DNA from: Planctomycetota bacterium
Lineage (GTDB): Bacteria > Planctomycetota > PLA2 > JAEUHO01
NCBI GenBank assembly: GCA_030065025.1
Contig: JASJDY010000055.1
Coordinates: forward strand, 1-58,694
Direction of reading: 5' to 3'
DNA length: 58,694 bases
Positions 10,221 through 22,983 of this stretch are shown piece by piece. The position numbers and the translations under genes are program-made. The notes beneath the pieces were generated by a model. It was not told the origin of the DNA, ran no database searches, and saw only the letters and a program-made list of their open reading frames with translations. How positions within the stretch are numbered: position 1 is the stretch's first letter; each line of letters opens with the position of its first letter.

Positions 10221-10355
10221 ACGCGGCAATGGCCGGCGGGGAAGAGGGCAAGCCGGCTGCGCGGCGCCCGCGTCCACGTCCGCGACCCCGTCCCCTACGT
10301 AGGTCGTCCGCTTCGGACGGGGACGCGGACTCGGTCGAGGACGCGGCCATGAATT

Positions 10356-10398
10356 GAAGAACGCCCGCGGGCCCTCCCTCAGGCTCGCGGGCGTCTTC
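10356..10398. terminator. Hairpin between convergent dnaE and the downstream gene
   Basis: gaagaacgcccgcgggcc / ggctcgcgggcgtcttc stem. Confidence 0.6.
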
Positions 10399-10423
10399 GT
10401 AGCAGCTGGTGGCTGCGGTGCGT

Positions 10424-11254
10424 CTACCCCTCGGTCGAGATGACGCGCAGGCCCTTCGGGCCACCTTCCTTGCCGACCTCGCCCTTGACCTTCCACTCAC
10501 CCTCGCCCTTCTGGCGGATGATGTCGTCCTCCGAGCGGATCTCGTCGCCCAGCCGCTCGAAGTTCAGCGACCAGTAGCGCGCCTCGGCGACCTCCTGGTA
10601 CTCGACGGCCGGACGGGGCAGGTCGCCGCCGCTGTCCTTGGCCGCCTTCTTGAGGCGCTTCAGGATCTTCTGGTTGTGGTCGTAGTAGGCCGAGTCGACG
10701 ACCACGCTGTCGGCGCCGAGCACGACGTTGTCGTCGCTGCTCTTGCTGCCGTACTGCTCGATCTTGTAGGTCGCGATGGGATCGACGAGACCGAAGACCT
10801 GCACGTTGATCCGGTCGTAGAGCGGATCGAGGCGGCCGAAGATGGCGACGGTCTGGAGCTTCTGGCCGGGCTTGATCTTGCCGGCCGTCGTCCCGATCGG
10901 AACCAGGTTCGGGTTGCGCTCGAGCTTGCGGATCGTGGCGAGCGCGGAGCTACCGCCGGCCGCGAGGTAGGTGCGGTTCGTATCGGTGAGCGCCTTGACG
11001 AGCGGGTGCCAACCGCGAGCGAACTTCGTCGGGTTCGTCACCTCGATCGTCATGTAGTGATGCGACGAGGACTTCCCCGTGGCGTCCCGGACGATGGCCG
11101 TGCGCAGGGGCCCGACCTTCGCGTTCAGGATCCAGCGCTGGCGGGTCTCCTTGTCGGCGGCCGCGGCCGGGCTCAAGGCCGAGAGGACGAGGAGCGCCCC
11201 GAGGGCGAGGCTGCCCAGCAGCAGGGCACGACGGGAGTGCAGGAGCGTCTTCAT
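10424..11254 (-). CDS. Secreted hypothetical protein (276 aa)
   Basis: Signal peptide ending SPAAAA; Lys-rich mature region; GC3-biased codons. Confidence 0.8.
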   Translation of the reverse strand: MKTLLHSRRALLLGSLALGALLVLSALSPAAAADKETRQRWILNAKVGPLRTAIVRDATGKSSSHHYMTIEVTNPTKFARGWHPLVKALTDTNRTYLAAGGSSALATIRKLERNPNLVPIGTTAGKIKPGQKLQTVAIFGRLDPLYDRINVQVFGLVDPIATYKIEQYGSKSSDDNVVLGADSVVVDSAYYDHNQKILKRLKKAAKDSGGDLPRPAVEYQEVAEARYWSLNFERLGDEIRSEDDIIRQKGEGEWKVKGEVGKEGGPKGLRVISTEG

Positions 11255-11389
11255 GAGCTAGGGATCCCTCCGCATCCGTGGAAGGGCGGATGCGCGCCGA
11301 AAGATACCCTCATCCCCCCGCAAACGGCAAGAAGCCCGCCTCCCGAGGGGCGGGAGAGCCTCACAAGGGGCGAATGCCGGGCGCAAGAC

Positions 11390-11581
11390 CGAAGGCGAGG
11401 GCGCCAGGACCCCGCTGGGGCGCAGCGGCAGTCCCATGCGCCTCGCACTCGAGTCGAATGCGAGGACGCACTCGCTCTGCAGAGACGCAGCGGCCGCCCA
11501 AGGTGCCTCGCGATCGATTCGAGGGCGAGGACGCCTCCGACTCGTGGGGCTGCAGCGGCAGTCCGCAGAGCCTCGCCTTCG
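11390..11581. repeat. Three-unit degenerate tandem array, period 65 bp
   Basis: Units start at 11395, 11460 and 11525: GCGAGG-RCGC-N17-GCAGCGGC-MGYCC-N5-GCCTCGC-N13; array closed by cgaaggcgagg/cctcgccttcg. Confidence 0.8.
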
Positions 11582-11618
11582 CGTCTGCTCATCGGCCTCT
11601 AGGCGCCTGAGTCGCCAG

Positions 11619-11764
11619 GCGCTGCGTACCGAGCGGGACGAGACCGAAGCGAGCCAGAGCCACGACGAGGCATCGCAGCGGAGGCGTGCTGCTGCACATC
11701 GAGCATGCGATGCCGAGTCGGGGCCTGGCGCAGCGAGAGGATCGTTCCGCGCAGGTGCAGCGCT
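11619..11764. repeat. Long nested imperfect palindrome
   Basis: Paired segments gcgctgc/gcagcgc, gcgggacga/tcgttccgc, gccag/ctggc, ggcatcgca/tgcgatgcc. Confidence 0.65.
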
Positions 11765-12440
11765 AGTTCGAACCCCAGAGATGGACCAGCTGCGGGTGCT
11801 CGGAGTCGTCGCCCAGGAACGGCTCGGGGTTGCGGGCGTCCTCGGGCTCGGGGAGCTCCAGGTCGTCCCACGTCATGAAGCGCACGGCGCCGTTGGTGTA
11901 GCCCGCCACGATGCCGTCCGGGTGGTGGAGGGGGCCGTCGTCGTCGTCGCAGATGATCATCACGCCGTCCTTCTCATCGGCGGGCGTGATGACGTGCTCG
12001 CGGTCGTTCGAGCTGTTGCGGCGGCCGGCGTACGAGGTGAGCTCGTGGAAGTCGGTGTCGTTCTTCAGCGCCGACTTCGTGACGTCCTTGTAGCGATCCA
12101 GGTCGACGTCCTCCATCGTGTAGAGCGAGTCGCCCGGGCTGAAGAACATCTCGATGTTCTGGCTGTTCTTGATGGAGACCTTCTTGTGCGCGATCAGCGA
12201 CAGGACGAAGTTCTTGCCGCTGTAGCGCGGCCAGCCGCCACTGACCTTGGACGTGCGCTCGCCGATCATGATCGTGATCATGTTCCGGACGTTGTCCTTC
12301 GACTTCGTCTGGCGGCTCTTCTCCTGGATGTTCGGGATCAGCACCACGACCATGCTCACGAGCACGGAGATGATGCCCATCACCACGAGGATCTCGATGA
12401 AGGAGAAGCCGGCCTGGCGGGACGTCTTGGCGGTGGTCAT
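11763..12440 (-). CDS. Prepilin/pseudopilin-type protein with H-X9-DG-like C-terminal motif
   Basis: Class III signal QAG|FSFIEILVVMGII; C-terminal HPDGIVAGYTNG (H-X9-NG). Confidence 0.85.
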   Translation of the reverse strand: MTTAKTSRQAGFSFIEILVVMGIISVLVSMVVVLIPNIQEKSRQTKSKDNVRNMITIMIGERTSKVSGGWPRYSGKNFVLSLIAHKKVSIKNSQNIEMFFSPGDSLYTMEDVDLDRYKDVTKSALKNDTDFHELTSYAGRRNSSNDREHVITPADEKDGVMIICDDDDGPLHHPDGIVAGYTNGAVRFMTWDDLELPEPEDARNPEPFLGDDSEHPQLVHLWGSN

Positions 12441-12509
12441 GCTTGGGTCTCCTAGGCCCCGCGAGTCGTACGGGGACGCGGCGTTCGGCGCGTGGTCACG
12501 TTGCACTAT

Positions 12510-12525
12510 ATCAACTGCCGTGCCC
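12510..12525 (-). promoter_or_regulatory. Possible sigma54 promoter of the prepilin gene
   Basis: GGGCAC-GGCAG-TTGAT on the minus strand; correct spacing but GA at -12, and it overlaps a small palindrome. Confidence 0.4.
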
Positions 12526-12709
12526 GAGCGGGCACGGCGCGTGGGTGAGCCCGACCGCGCCCCCCCACGGCCCGCACAGCCCAGATAGTCGGCGCTCCGT
12601 GCGCGGATGCGACCGGCAACGCTCTCACCGGTCGCGGCGGGCGGTGGTCACGAAGTCACCGGCTGGTGGAAGCTGCGTTGACAGGCCGCGGACGTAGTCA
12701 GTGCCGCGC

Positions 12710-12780
12710 CGTGCCCGTGCCGGTGCCGGTGCCTCTGCCCGCTGCATCACGCTCGACGGGCGGGCAGAGGCACGGGCACG
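12710..12780. repeat. Family A hexamer-periodic palindrome
   Basis: gtgcccgtgccggtgccggtgcctctgccc...gggcagaggcacgggcacg, just after the metK stop. Confidence 0.8.
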
Positions 12781-12790
12781 CTCGGGGCTC

Positions 12791-13957
12791 CTACGCTCCG
12801 GTCGCAGCCGCCACTTCCGCCTTGAGGGCATCCACCTTGTCCGTCGCCTCCCACGGCAGGCCCTCGCGGCCGAAGTGCCCCTGCGAAGCCGTGTCGGCGT
12901 AGATCGGACGCAGCAGGTCCAGCTGCTTGATGATGCCGTAGGGCGTCAGGTCGAAGACCTTCGCGACGGCTCGCTCGAGGACGGCGTTCGGCACGCCCTC
13001 GCCGCTCCAGGTCTCGCCCGTGACGCGGACCGAGACGGGCTCGGCCACGCCGATGGCGTAGGCCAGCTGGACCTCGCAGGCGTCGACGAGCCCGGCGGCG
13101 ACGATGTTCTTCGCCACGTAGCGGGCCATGTAGGTGGCCGAGCGGTCGACCTTGCTCGGGTCCTTGCCGCTGAAGGCGCCACCGCCGTGAGGCGCCCAGC
13201 CGCCGTACGTGTCGACGATGATCTTGCGGCCCGTGAGGCCCGTGTCGCCCTTCGGACCGCCGACGTGGAACGAACCCGTCGGGTTGACGAGGAGGCGCGT
13301 GCGCTCGTCGAGCAGTGCGCCCGGCAGCAGCGGGAACAGGTGCTCGCGCACGTCGGCCTCGATGCGCGCCTGGTCGATGTCCTTGGCGTGCTGGGTCGAG
13401 ACCACGACGGTGTCGAGACGCGCGGGACGGCCGTCGTCGCCGTACTCCACCGTGACCTGCGTCTTGCCGTCGGGGAGCAGGTAGTCGAGCGTGCCGTTCT
13501 CGCGGAGCGCGGTGAGGCCGCGGACGAGCACGTGCGACAGGTGGATCGGCAGCGGCATCAGCACGTCGGTGTCGCGGCACGCGTAGCCGAACATGAGGCC
13601 CTGGTCGCCGGCGCCCTGCTTCGCGGGGTCGCCGCGGTCGACGCCCTGGGCGATCTCGGCGGACTGACGCCCCACCGTGACCACGACGCCCACATCGTCC
13701 GCCGGGTAGCCGGCGCGCTCGTCGCCGTAGCCGATGCGCTTCATCGCGTCGCGGGCGATCGTCGCGTAGTCGACGACGGCCTCCGACCGGACCTCGCCAC
13801 CAACGATGCACAGGCCGTTCGTGACGAAGGTCTCGACGGCGACGCGCGCATGCGCGTCCTGCTCGAGGAAGGCGTCCAGCACGCTGTCGCTGATGGTGTC
13901 GGCGAGCTTGTCCGGATGGCCGGCTGTCACGGCCTCCGAGGTGAAGAGATGACCCAT
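12791..13957 (-). CDS. metK: S-adenosylmethionine synthetase
   Basis: [59 protein letters not shown]. Confidence 0.98.
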   Translation of the reverse strand: MGHLFTSEAVTAGHPDKLADTISDSVLDAFLEQDAHARVAVETFVTNGLCIVGGEVRSEAVVDYATIARDAMKRIGYGDERAGYPADDVGVVVTVGRQSAEIAQGVDRGDPAKQGAGDQGLMFGYACRDTDVLMPLPIHLSHVLVRGLTALRENGTLDYLLPDGKTQVTVEYGDDGRPARLDTVVVSTQHAKDIDQARIEADVREHLFPLLPGALLDERTRLLVNPTGSFHVGGPKGDTGLTGRKIIVDTYGGWAPHGGGAFSGKDPSKVDRSATYMARYVAKNIVAAGLVDACEVQLAYAIGVAEPVSVRVTGETWSGEGVPNAVLERAVAKVFDLTPYGIIKQLDLLRPIYADTASQGHFGREGLPWEATDKVDALKAEVAAATGA

Positions 13958-14098
13958 GTCGTGCTCCTGAGAAGGGCAAGATCGTACGCAGCCAAGACGA
14001 CAGAACGGGCGAAATGCCCCTGTGCCGCCCGCAAGCGATGCGACAATCCGGGGCAGCAGTTCGACGGGCCTCGCCGGCGGCCCATGGAGACGAAAGCC

Positions 14099-14464
14099 AT
14101 GCGCAGCCTGCACCCCGGCCCGTCCGCGTGCCTCGCGATCCTCGCCGCCGCGATCCTCATTCCCGGAAGCCTGATCCTGGGCGGCTGCGGCCATCACCAT
14201 CACGACGACGGCTTCGTCGTGGTGGACAACCGCACCGACCTCACCACGAGCGAAGATCTGCTCGCCTTCCGCCTCGCCTCCTTCGGCGACCCCTTCACCG
14301 GCGACCTGCTCAGCGCCGATCTGCCGCCCGGCTCGGCCGAGAACCTCGGGATCTGGCGGGAGGACTTCTACGACGGCGAGGGCGACCTCGAGCTGGGTCA
14401 GCTCATCGAGTGGTTCGACCTCTTCGTCGGCAACGGGGATACGACGGTCTTCGAGGCCCGCTGA
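14099..14464 (+). CDS. Small acidic lipoprotein (paralog 1)
   Basis: GGAG RBS, lipobox LGGC, then GHHHHDD; aligns with 14662-15045. Confidence 0.8.
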   Translation: MRSLHPGPSACLAILAAAILIPGSLILGGCGHHHHDDGFVVVDNRTDLTTSEDLLAFRLASFGDPFTGDLLSADLPPGSAENLGIWREDFYDGEGDLELGQLIEWFDLFVGNGDTTVFEAR

Positions 14465-14600
14465 CCCCGAAGCGGGCGCTGCCGGTGTCCACGGCGCGAG
14501 GCGACACGAGCGCCTGAAAGTGGACACGTGCCGACCGCCCCCTGACCGCGCAAGATCGCAAGATTAAACAGAATAACGACTTACGTCGATTCTCCGGCTT

Positions 14601-14616
14601 TGGCACCGGCGTTGCT
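14601..14616 (+). promoter_or_regulatory. Sigma54 -24/-12 promoter
   Basis: TGGCAC-CGGCG-TTGCT is a consensus match; AT-rich IHF-like tract at about 14561-14584. Confidence 0.85.
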
Positions 14617-14661
14617 CCTCCCCGGGCAACGACGGAACGACCCGTCGCACCGGAGAATCCC

Positions 14662-15045
14662 ATGGTCAGCAAATCCCTCCCCCGATACGCCCTCGTGCTC
14701 CTCGCCGCGGGCGCCCTCGTGCTGGCCGGCTGTGGCGGCGGCTACGGCGAGGTCTACTACGAGGAAGAGTTCATCTTCGAGCCCATCGGCGACGTCGAGG
14801 TGGACAACCAGACGGACCTCGGCGGCACGTTCGAGGACATGTTCGCCTTCGAGATGGCGCCGGCCGGCACGGCCGCGTGGTCAGGCAACCTCCTGCCGGA
14901 CATCCTCTTCCCGGGCGAGATCGCGTTCGTCGGCAGCTTCTACGAGGACTTCTACGACGCGGACGCCGACCTCGATCTCGGCATCGTCAGCTTCTTCGAC
15001 GTCTTCGTCGAGGACGGCTTCACCACGACCTTCGAGGTCTTCTAG
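14662..15045 (+). CDS. Small acidic lipoprotein (paralog 2)
   Basis: GGAG RBS, lipobox LAGC; shared motifs VDNxTDL, GxLL, EDFYD, FDxFV, TTxFE. Confidence 0.85.
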   Translation: MVSKSLPRYALVLLAAGALVLAGCGGGYGEVYYEEEFIFEPIGDVEVDNQTDLGGTFEDMFAFEMAPAGTAAWSGNLLPDILFPGEIAFVGSFYEDFYDADADLDLGIVSFFDVFVEDGFTTTFEVF

Positions 15046-15187
15046 CCAGGAGTCATCCACAGACAGGTAGTGCCCCGGGTTTCGGGAACGACTCGATGTG
15101 CCGGACACCGCGCTGTGTTGGCGTGGTGACGTCGAGCCCGAGCCCGGGGCACGTTTCTGCCTGCTTCGCTGCCAAGATAGGAGCGCC

Positions 15188-17830
15188 ATGGCCACTCCGC
15201 GACTCCTCCTCCTGTTCCTCGTCGCCCTGGCGGCCGGTTGTCTCCTCTGGTGGAGCCTGCAAGACGGCGAGCCGGAGACACCGCAGGAGCAGCTGCAGGC
15301 CGACGGCGACCCGGACGCGGCCACATCCCCCGATCTCATGGAGGCCGATGGCGCGGGTACGAGCACGGACGCCGCGGGCGGCAATCGCCGGGACGGCGGC
15401 AAGACCGGCGACGCGGCCGCCCGGGACACCGCGCAGCTGACAGGCGTGGTCCAGGACGAGACCGGCCGACCGCTGGCGAACGCCGAGGTCGTGCTGCGCG
15501 AGATCGATCCGCAGAGCCTCCGCGGCGCACCGTTCCCGGATCTGCGCACCGTGGCCAAGACGACGACCGAGCGCGACGGCACGTTCAGCCTGCCGGCGCC
15601 GAACGCCGCATGGCTGCGCGTCGTGGCCTCGCACCCCTCGCGCGCCACGGTCGGCAAGCGCATCGCGAGCGCGGGCGCGCACGTCGTGATCACCCTGCCG
15701 CCCGCGGGCAGCCTGCTGGTCAGCGTCGGCGGTCCGGGCCACGGCGGCACGGCCAAGCTCGTGCTGCGCGCAGGCGACGACGTGATCGAGGGCTACACGG
15801 CGACGGGTGGATCCGCGCGCTTCGACGACCTGCCGCCGGGCGAAGTGCGCATAACCGCCCTCGGCCCGATCGCCAGCACCACCGCAGGCCCGTTCACGAT
15901 CCGTGCAGGCGAGACCACGGAGGTCGGGATCCTGCTGCCCCGTGGCATCGAGATCGAGGGTCGCGTGCTCGATGACGCGACAGGCAAGCCCGTCACGGGC
16001 GCGGAGGTCCACGTCACGCACCCCGGCCGCGCGGACGCGGCCGAGCCCACGGGCGCCGACGGGAGCTTCGGCCCTCTGCCCGGCGGCGCCGAGGGCGAGC
16101 GCGTGTTCCTCGCAGTCCGTGCAGACGGCTACGTGCCCGCGCTGGAGCCGGTCGTGCTGCGCGCGCAGGACCGGCAGTCCGTCGAGCTGCGTCTGACGAA
16201 GGGCGAGCCGTGGACCGGCATCGTCCGGTTCGCGAACGGCGAGCCCGCACCCGGCGCGGCAGTGGGCTACACGGCCGACGGCGTCGCGGGTCGCGCCCCC
16301 GCGAGCACGGTGAGTGACGAGCAGGGCCGCTTCAGCCTGTCGCCGCCGCCGCCGCCCGCGCCAGGACGTCGTGTCGTGCTCAGTGCGACGCTCGGTGACG
16401 CGCTCGGCGCACTGGCGCTCAGGCCCACGACGCCCCGCCCCGCATCCATCGTGCTGGTGCTCGCCGATGGCGCGGTGGTGCGAGGCACCGTCGTGCGACC
16501 GGACGGCGAGCCCCTCGCGGGCGCCACCGTGCGGCTGGCGCCGGACTGGCAACAGGTCGAGCGCGGCCTCGACATCGATGCCGCCAGCGCGCGCCTGCTC
16601 GCGATGAACGAGACCGGCTTCGTCGGACTGGCCACGGCTACCGGCGCCGACGGCGCCTGGCGCCTGCGCGGTGTGCCCCTCGGCGTGTACCGCGTGGTGT
16701 TCGAACACGACGGCAACACCCACAAGCGCACGGCCAAGCTCGACGTCCGCACGAACGACGTGGACGCGGGACGCGAGCGCTTCGGCTATGGCCTCACGCT
16801 CGAGGGTCGCGTGCGCGACGAACGCGGTGAGCCGATCGCGGGCGCGGGCGTGCGCTTGAGGCCCGAGAGCCAGGAGGGCATGTGGCGCACGACGCGGACG
16901 GCCCACGACGGCACGTTCGTCTTCCAGGGACTGGGCATCGGGCGCCACCAGGTCACCGCGACCTGGGCGGAGCGTAATCCGCTGCGCGGCGTGGTCGACA
17001 TGCAGGAGGGCGAGGACGCGCTCATCGAACTCGACTTCGACGCGGCCGCGACGCTCGAGGGCACGGTGCGCCACGGCGACAAGCTGTACACGGGGACGCT
17101 GCAGGTGCGTCTCGTGACCGACAGCGGTCGGGCGCGCATCCGGCGGGCCGTGTACGTGACGACCGGGAAGCTCCACCTCGACGGACTCCAGACGGGCACC
17201 TACACCCTCGACGTGTCCGACGACAAGGGCCTGCTCCGGGCACGCACGCCGGGGCTCGAGCTCACGTCAGGCCAGACGACGACGGCCGAGGTGACGCTGG
17301 AGAGCGCCTCGCGGTTGTACGGCGTCGTCAGCACCCCCGGCGGCGCTCCGGTTCCGATGGCCCGGGTCACGCTCGTCCACGGGGAGAGCGACGGTGCGTA
17401 CCGGGTCCTCGCCACGACGGACGCGCAAGGCCGGTACGACGTACGAGGCCTGGCGCCGGGGCCGTGGAGCGTGATCGCCCAGGGGCGCGGCGGCGGCAGC
17501 GTATCCGTCGAGGTCGACCTCTCGTTCTCGGCCCAGCGCAGTCTGCCCCTGAGGCTCACCGCGATCGGGACGCTGGACATCGAGGTGGTCGACGCGAAGG
17601 GACGCGGCGTGGCCGAGGCGCAGGTCTACTGGCGCAGCGCCGATGGCAAGAGCCGCTCGCTCCTGCCGGCGCGCACCGACGCTCGGGGCCGCGTCACGCT
17701 GCAGGACGTCCCGGCGGACGAGGACATCACCGTGCGCGCCCGTTCCAAGGACGGCGACCGCGGCGCAGCGAGCGCGCGTGTGTCGGCGAACGCGACCGCG
17801 AAGGCCGTGGTGCGGGTCAGCGCGCCGTAG
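15188..17830 (+). CDS. Membrane-anchored protein with tandem carboxypeptidase-regulatory-like beta-sandwich repeats
   Basis: N-terminal TM segment; repeated GxVxDxxGxPxxGAxV...TxxDGxF units; AGGAG RBS. Confidence 0.85.
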   Translation: MATPRLLLLFLVALAAGCLLWWSLQDGEPETPQEQLQADGDPDAATSPDLMEADGAGTSTDAAGGNRRDGGKTGDAAARDTAQLTGVVQDETGRPLANAEVVLREIDPQSLRGAPFPDLRTVAKTTTERDGTFSLPAPNAAWLRVVASHPSRATVGKRIASAGAHVVITLPPAGSLLVSVGGPGHGGTAKLVLRAGDDVIEGYTATGGSARFDDLPPGEVRITALGPIASTTAGPFTIRAGETTEVGILLPRGIEIEGRVLDDATGKPVTGAEVHVTHPGRADAAEPTGADGSFGPLPGGAEGERVFLAVRADGYVPALEPVVLRAQDRQSVELRLTKGEPWTGIVRFANGEPAPGAAVGYTADGVAGRAPASTVSDEQGRFSLSPPPPPAPGRRVVLSATLGDALGALALRPTTPRPASIVLVLADGAVVRGTVVRPDGEPLAGATVRLAPDWQQVERGLDIDAASARLLAMNETGFVGLATATGADGAWRLRGVPLGVYRVVFEHDGNTHKRTAKLDVRTNDVDAGRERFGYGLTLEGRVRDERGEPIAGAGVRLRPESQEGMWRTTRTAHDGTFVFQGLGIGRHQVTATWAERNPLRGVVDMQEGEDALIELDFDAAATLEGTVRHGDKLYTGTLQVRLVTDSGRARIRRAVYVTTGKLHLDGLQTGTYTLDVSDDKGLLRARTPGLELTSGQTTTAEVTLESASRLYGVVSTPGGAPVPMARVTLVHGESDGAYRVLATTDAQGRYDVRGLAPGPWSVIAQGRGGGSVSVEVDLSFSAQRSLPLRLTAIGTLDIEVVDAKGRGVAEAQVYWRSADGKSRSLLPARTDARGRVTLQDVPADEDITVRARSKDGDRGAASARVSANATAKAVVRVSAP

Positions 17831-19194
17831 GTCGAGCGACCCGCTCCAACAGCGGCCGCAGTTTCTCCAACGTCCGCGACGTCGCGCCCTTGCTGCGCTC
17901 GATCACATCGCGTGCGCGGTGGCCGATCTCGCTCGCGCTTGCCGGATCCGCCAGCCATGAGCGGAGCGTGGCCTCGACGCCCTCTGCGTCGCGCTCGACG
18001 ACGATGCCGTCGACGTGCTTGAGCATCTCGACCTCGCCGCGGAAGTTGTGGACGTAGCGCCCCACCACGACGGGCTTGCCGAGGCTGGCCGGCTCCATCA
18101 TGTTCTGGCCGCCGTGGCGCACGAGGGAACCACCGACGAACACGACGTCGGCTCGTGCGTACACGCGCTCGAGCTCCCCCACGGTGTCGAGCAGCACGAT
18201 CTGCCCGTCGGACGGCCGGCCCTCGGCGCCCATCCGGCTCCGACGCACGACGTCCCCACCCTCGCGGCGCATGTCGGCCTCGACCGTGTCGGCCCTCGCC
18301 GGATGACGCGGAGCCACGACGAGCCGGTGCTTCATCCCCGACTCGGTGAGGCGTCGGCTGATGCGCGCGAGCGTGCGCTCCTCGTTGGGATGCGTGCTGC
18401 CCGCGACCACGATCGGCAGGCCGTCGTCCGCGCCCAGCAGACGCACGAACTCGTCGTCCCGCACCTGGTCCTGCTTGATCGGGATGTTGTCGAACTTCAT
18501 GTTGCCGGTGACGTGGATGCGCTCGGCCGGCACGCCCAGGGCCCGGAAGCGCTCTTCGTGCAGGGGCAGCTGCACGCAGAGGATCTCGATGCAGTCGAGC
18601 AGACGGCGCGTGACCGCGGGTAGCGCGCCGAAGCGCTTCGCCGATCGCTTGCTCATCTTGCCGTTGACGAGTGCGACGGGGATGCCGCGGTCGCGAGCGG
18701 CGAAGAGGAAGTTCGGCCAGAACTCGCTCTCGACCAGGATCATCAGGTCCGGCCGGATGGCGTCGAGCGAGTCGAGCACGATCCACGAAAGGTCGGGCGG
18801 ATAGAACTCGACGCGGTGCCCGGGATAGCGCTTGCGGGCAACGCGGAAGCCCGTGTCCGTGGTCACGCTGATCACGACCTCGACGCCGGGAACGCTGCGC
18901 TCGATCTCCGTCACGAGGCGGGCCGCGGCCTTCACCTCCCCGACGGAGACGCCGTGGACCCAGACGCAGGGACCGTTGGACGTGCGCGCCTGTCGGCGGC
19001 CGAAGCGAGCCGAGATGTCGCGGGCGTAGGCGGCCCAGCGAGAGCGCGCCTTGGGATCCCCCGCGGCACGGCCGGCCGCGTAGAGCGGCATCGCGGAGAC
19101 GAGACCGGCATAGAGCGCGTCGAACGACCAATGAACGACGCGCAGCGGCAGTGCGCCGCGCCTGCGCGCGGGACGTTCGCCGTTCCCGCTGCCG

Positions 19195-19211
<17 letters not shown>
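17817..19211 (-). CDS. waaA: 3-deoxy-D-manno-octulosonic acid transferase
   Basis: [63 protein letters not shown]. Confidence 0.95.
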
Positions 19212-21777
<2,566 letters not shown>

Positions 21778-21859
21778 GGAGGGAAGGACTCCGGGGTCGA
21801 ACGGCTGAGGGTAACCGGGGCGAGGGCCTGCGCCACGGTTGGCCGGGCGCCTGCCGGCA

Positions 21860-21949
21860 CTCGCGCTCGCGCTCTCGCTCACGCTCGACCCTCGAACGCC
21901 TGCTCGAGGCCCGTCCGAGGGTCGAGCGCGCAAGCGAGCGGGAGCGCGA
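21860..21949. repeat. Family B palindrome
   Basis: cgctcgaccctcg...cgagggtcgagcgcgc core with hexamer arms. Confidence 0.85.
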
Positions 21950-22014
21950 TGTCGGGCACGGACCGTCCAAGGCCACGGTGGTAGAGCCCGCGCGGTGCGG
22001 CGTGCCGCTCGAAC

Positions 22015-22060
22015 GGGCGACCATTCCGCGCGGCCAAGGCCGCGCTCAGGTCGCCCCTAC
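22015..22060 (-). repeat. GTAG-type REP overlapping the pyrD stop
   Basis: Minus strand reads GTAG-GGGCGACC...GGTCGCCC with an inner GCGCGGCC/GGCCGCGC hairpin. Confidence 0.75.
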
Positions 22061-22983
22061 GGCATCTCGAGCGTGCCGATGACCTCTTGCAGACTCGTCG
22101 CCCCCAACGACGCGATCCGCTCGGGCAGCCCCTCCAGCAGCTCGATCGCCGCCGTCGGCCGGTAGTAGTTGGCCGTGCCGACCTGGATCGCGGAAGCGCC
22201 CGCCACGAAGAACTCCATGGCGTCGTCGGCCGTCTCGATGCCGCCGATGCCGATGATCGGGACGTCCACCGTCTCGTAGAGCATCCGCACCATGCGCAGC
22301 GCGACCGGCTTGATGCACGGGCCGGAGATGCCACCGAAGCCGCGCCCGAGGATGGGCCGCCGCTTGCGCCAGTCCACGGGCATGCCGACGATCGTGTTGA
22401 TGGCGCTGATGGCGTCCGCGCCCCCTGCGACGGCGGCCTCGGCGATCGGCCGGATGTCCGTCACGTTCGGCGAGAGCTTGGCGATGAGCGGCAGGTCGGT
22501 CTCGGCGCGCGCGCGCACGAGCACCTCCTTGGCCACCTTCGGATCCGTGGAGTAGTCGAGGCCGCCCGACACGTTCGGGCACGACATGTTGAGCTCGAGC
22601 GCGTCGATGCCCTCTTCGGCGGCGAAGCGCCGCGCGAGGATCGCGAAGTCGGCGATGTCGTGGCCCGCGATGTTGATGACGAGCGGCGCACCGAGTGTGC
22701 GCAGCTTCGGCAGCACGGTCTCGATGTAGGCGTCGACGCCCGGGTTGGGCAGGCCGATGCTGTTCATCAGACCGCCGGGGATCTCGCACAGCCGCGGGGG
22801 CGGATTGCCGGCGCGGGCTTCGGTGGTGATCGTCTTGACGACGACGTAGCCCAAGCGGGCGACCTCGTAGAACGGCTGGAACTCGAGGCCCTTGCCGTAC
22901 GTGCCCGACGCAGTGCCGACGGGATTCTGGAGCTCCAGGCTGCCGATGCGGAGGCTCAGATCCACGGCTTGCGTTGCGGTCAC
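22057..22983 (-). CDS. pyrD: Dihydroorotate dehydrogenase, family 1B catalytic subunit
   Basis: NPVGTASGT, GNPPPR, NSIGLPNPG, ELNMSCPNV, KLSPNV, GGISGPCIKP, IIGIGGI. Confidence 0.95.
   Translation of the reverse strand: MTATQAVDLSLRIGSLELQNPVGTASGTYGKGLEFQPFYEVARLGYVVVKTITTEARAGNPPPRLCEIPGGLMNSIGLPNPGVDAYIETVLPKLRTLGAPLVINIAGHDIADFAILARRFAAEEGIDALELNMSCPNVSGGLDYSTDPKVAKEVLVRARAETDLPLIAKLSPNVTDIRPIAEAAVAGGADAISAINTIVGMPVDWRKRRPILGRGFGGISGPCIKPVALRMVRMLYETVDVPIIGIGGIETADDAMEFFVAGASAIQVGTANYYRPTAAIELLEGLPERIASLGATSLQEVIGTLEMP

Noticed and set aside
11395-11576. CRISPR array interpretation of the 65-bp periodicity
   Set aside because: No contiguous conserved repeat, only three units and no cas genes; kept as an unexplained array
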